Of a DNA stretch of 64,000 bases, positions 62,876-64,000 are shown piece after piece. Position numbers and translations under genes: made by a program. The DNA is from Flavobacteriales bacterium (GTDB lineage: Bacteria > Bacteroidota > Bacteroidia > Flavobacteriales > UBA1820), in assembly GCA_017620815.1 (NCBI GenBank), contig JAGAUI010000010.1:1944-65943 (forward strand), read 5' to 3'. Below the pieces are notes generated by a model. That model had not been told where the DNA came from and did no database searches. It saw nothing but the letters and a program-made list of their open reading frames with translations. Position 1 is the first letter of the stretch. The number at the start of each line of letters is the position of its first letter.

Positions 62876-64000
62876 ATGAAAAAAATATACAATATACTCA
62901 TATCATTTCTGTGTGCATTAAGTATCGTCTCTTGTAGTAAAGAAGATGACACATTTGCAGGAACAGATTTTTACATCACTTCGTTCACTCTTTCCAAAGG
63001 AGGCATAGAATATGAAGGCCTTATAAGTACAGACCAAATAAGCATTTGCACTCCTGCCAATATTGACCTTTCTGGAGCAACAGCCATAGTAAAAATATGT
63101 GAGCACGCCAGCATATCTCCTCTTCCATCGTCTATCACAGACTGGAATGATACACATAAATTTACCATAACATCTCACAGTGGAGCCAAACGCGAATACA
63201 CATATTCTGTATCACACAGCTCCGTAAAATATGACGGCAGTGTTATTCTCACCACACAAAGCCAGGTAGACGCCTTTGCCGCACACGGAGCAACTATCAT
63301 AGACGGAGACCTTATTATAGGTGAAGACGCTCTAGAAGCCGATGCTGACACCATATTTAACATAAATGCTCTTTCCTCCATAAAACAGATAAATGGTAAC
63401 CTTACCATAAAGAACTCCTATGCAGGTAAAGACCTCTCTGGTCTATCCTCTCTTACCAAGGTTGGTAATATTTACATAGGGTCTTCTTCTACAGCAGCTA
63501 TACTTACAGATTCTGTAAGCATAAGCCTGCCAGAACTGCAAAACATAAGCGAATTAACGATAAATGACAACAAAGTAAAATCTCTGTACCTCCCAAAACT
63601 GGAATCGGCTTGGAACATATTCATAAACTGTAAATCCATTAAAAAACTGGATATGAAAGTTCTATCTACTATATATGGCAATTTGACTGTACAGAGCGGG
63701 ACATCGACCTCCACAGCCAATACCGTCATAGAAGAACTCACATTCCCTGCACTTAAAGACGTTATGGGAAATATGAGCATAAACACACTTACAGCCGTAA
63801 ATAAGATAAACCTAAGTATTCTTACATCTATAGGTGGAAACTTTACTATGAACTTGATGTCTTCCTTGAAAGAACTTATCATACCGGCATTAAACCAAGT
63901 AGATGGAAACATAGAAATAAAACAGTCCTACCTTTATTCTAACATATCTGCTCCTCGATTAAAAAAAGCAGGGTCTTTCTGTATAGAAGGCAACTATGCC
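62876..64000 (+). CDS. paralogous LRR-like surface lipoprotein (5' part; runs off the window end; absent from the ORF track)
   Basis: From the ATG at 62876 I hand-translated 375 codons to the window end with no stop: 'MKKIYNILISFLCALSIVSCSKEDD...'. It is collinear with 60843..62864 ('ITSFTLSKGG' vs 'IVSFSLTHDG'; 'LTTQSQVDAFAAHG' vs 'LSTQSDVNAFAAKG'; 'INGNLTIKNSYAG' vs 'LNVVISNSYAG'). Confidence 0.7.
   Translation, partial: MKKIYNILISFLCALSIVSCSKEDDTFAGTDFYITSFTLSKGGIEYEGLISTDQISICTPANIDLSGATAIVKICEHASISPLPSSITDWNDTHKFTITSHSGAKREYTYSVSHSSVKYDGSVILTTQSQVDAFAAHGATIIDGDLIIGEDALEADADTIFNINALSSIKQINGNLTIKNSYAGKDLSGLSSLTKVGNIYIGSSSTAAILTDSVSISLPELQNISELTINDNKVKSLYLPKLESAWNIFINCKSIKKLDMKVLSTIYGNLTVQSGTSTSTANTVIEELTFPALKDVMGNMSINTLTAVNKINLSILTSIGGNFTMNLMSSLKELIIPALNQVDGNIEIKQSYLYSNISAPRLKKAGSFCIEGNYA

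Noticed and set aside
1-64000. CRISPR arrays, tRNA genes and rRNA genes
   Set aside because: I saw no regularly spaced direct repeats, no cloverleaf-like GC-rich 70-90-nt segments in intergenic regions, and no rRNA-like sequence. A tRNAscan or Infernal run would be needed for certainty.

Overview
This window reads as a Bacteroidales-type chromosomal segment. I judge that from TAnnTTTG -7 promoter boxes, many lipoproteins with a Cys lipobox, the DUF3822-rsmD and lptE/secG neighbourhoods, and a cobalamin-riboswitch/TonB locus. All calls come from reading the ORF translations and the DNA by eye. No searches or statistics were run, and family names are recalled from motifs.

Most of the window is housekeeping: serC-serA, rsmD, a RecD-like helicase, a DnaQ/GIY-YIG exonuclease, yggS, purL, dacB, lptB, tatC, kpsF, recQ, a PduO-type adenosyltransferase, glyQS, secG, an ECF sigma factor, prmC, rubrerythrin, a sigma-54 activator, rlmH, an OmpA-family protein, HMG-CoA reductase, HU and RNase G.

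Two regions are accessory.

(1) About 4.3-17.1 kb is a ~13 kb island of 14 ORFs, all on the minus strand, with mosaic base composition and no integrase. It contains:
- a tightly coupled six-gene module that matches no named system I know: a RadA-like ATPase, a DUF932-like protein, a Sel1 protein, a SprT-like Zn-protease, a soluble FtsK motor, and an FtsK-gamma domain fused to a miniaturised PolIII-alpha-like domain;
- a GmrSD-type (DUF262/DUF1524) nuclease with a single-HKD PLD nuclease;
- a WYL regulator with a hyper-acidic 93-aa protein;
- several orphan genes, including an AT-rich pair of one soluble and one polytopic-membrane protein.
This island is my best candidate for the undescribed system.

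(2) 55.5-64 kb is a cobalamin riboswitch followed by a BtuB-like receptor, a beta-propeller lipoprotein, an Ig-repeat lipoprotein and two tandem LRR-like paralogs. The last paralog runs off the window and is missing from the ORF track.

Smaller observations are a candidate -1 frameshift site (A_AAA_AAT) joining two overlapping ORFs at 20.4-21.1 kb, an unannotated 29-aa bS22-like ORF after hup, and a recurring family of near-identical palindromic terminators. I found no rRNA, tRNA, CRISPR array, transposase or integrase.
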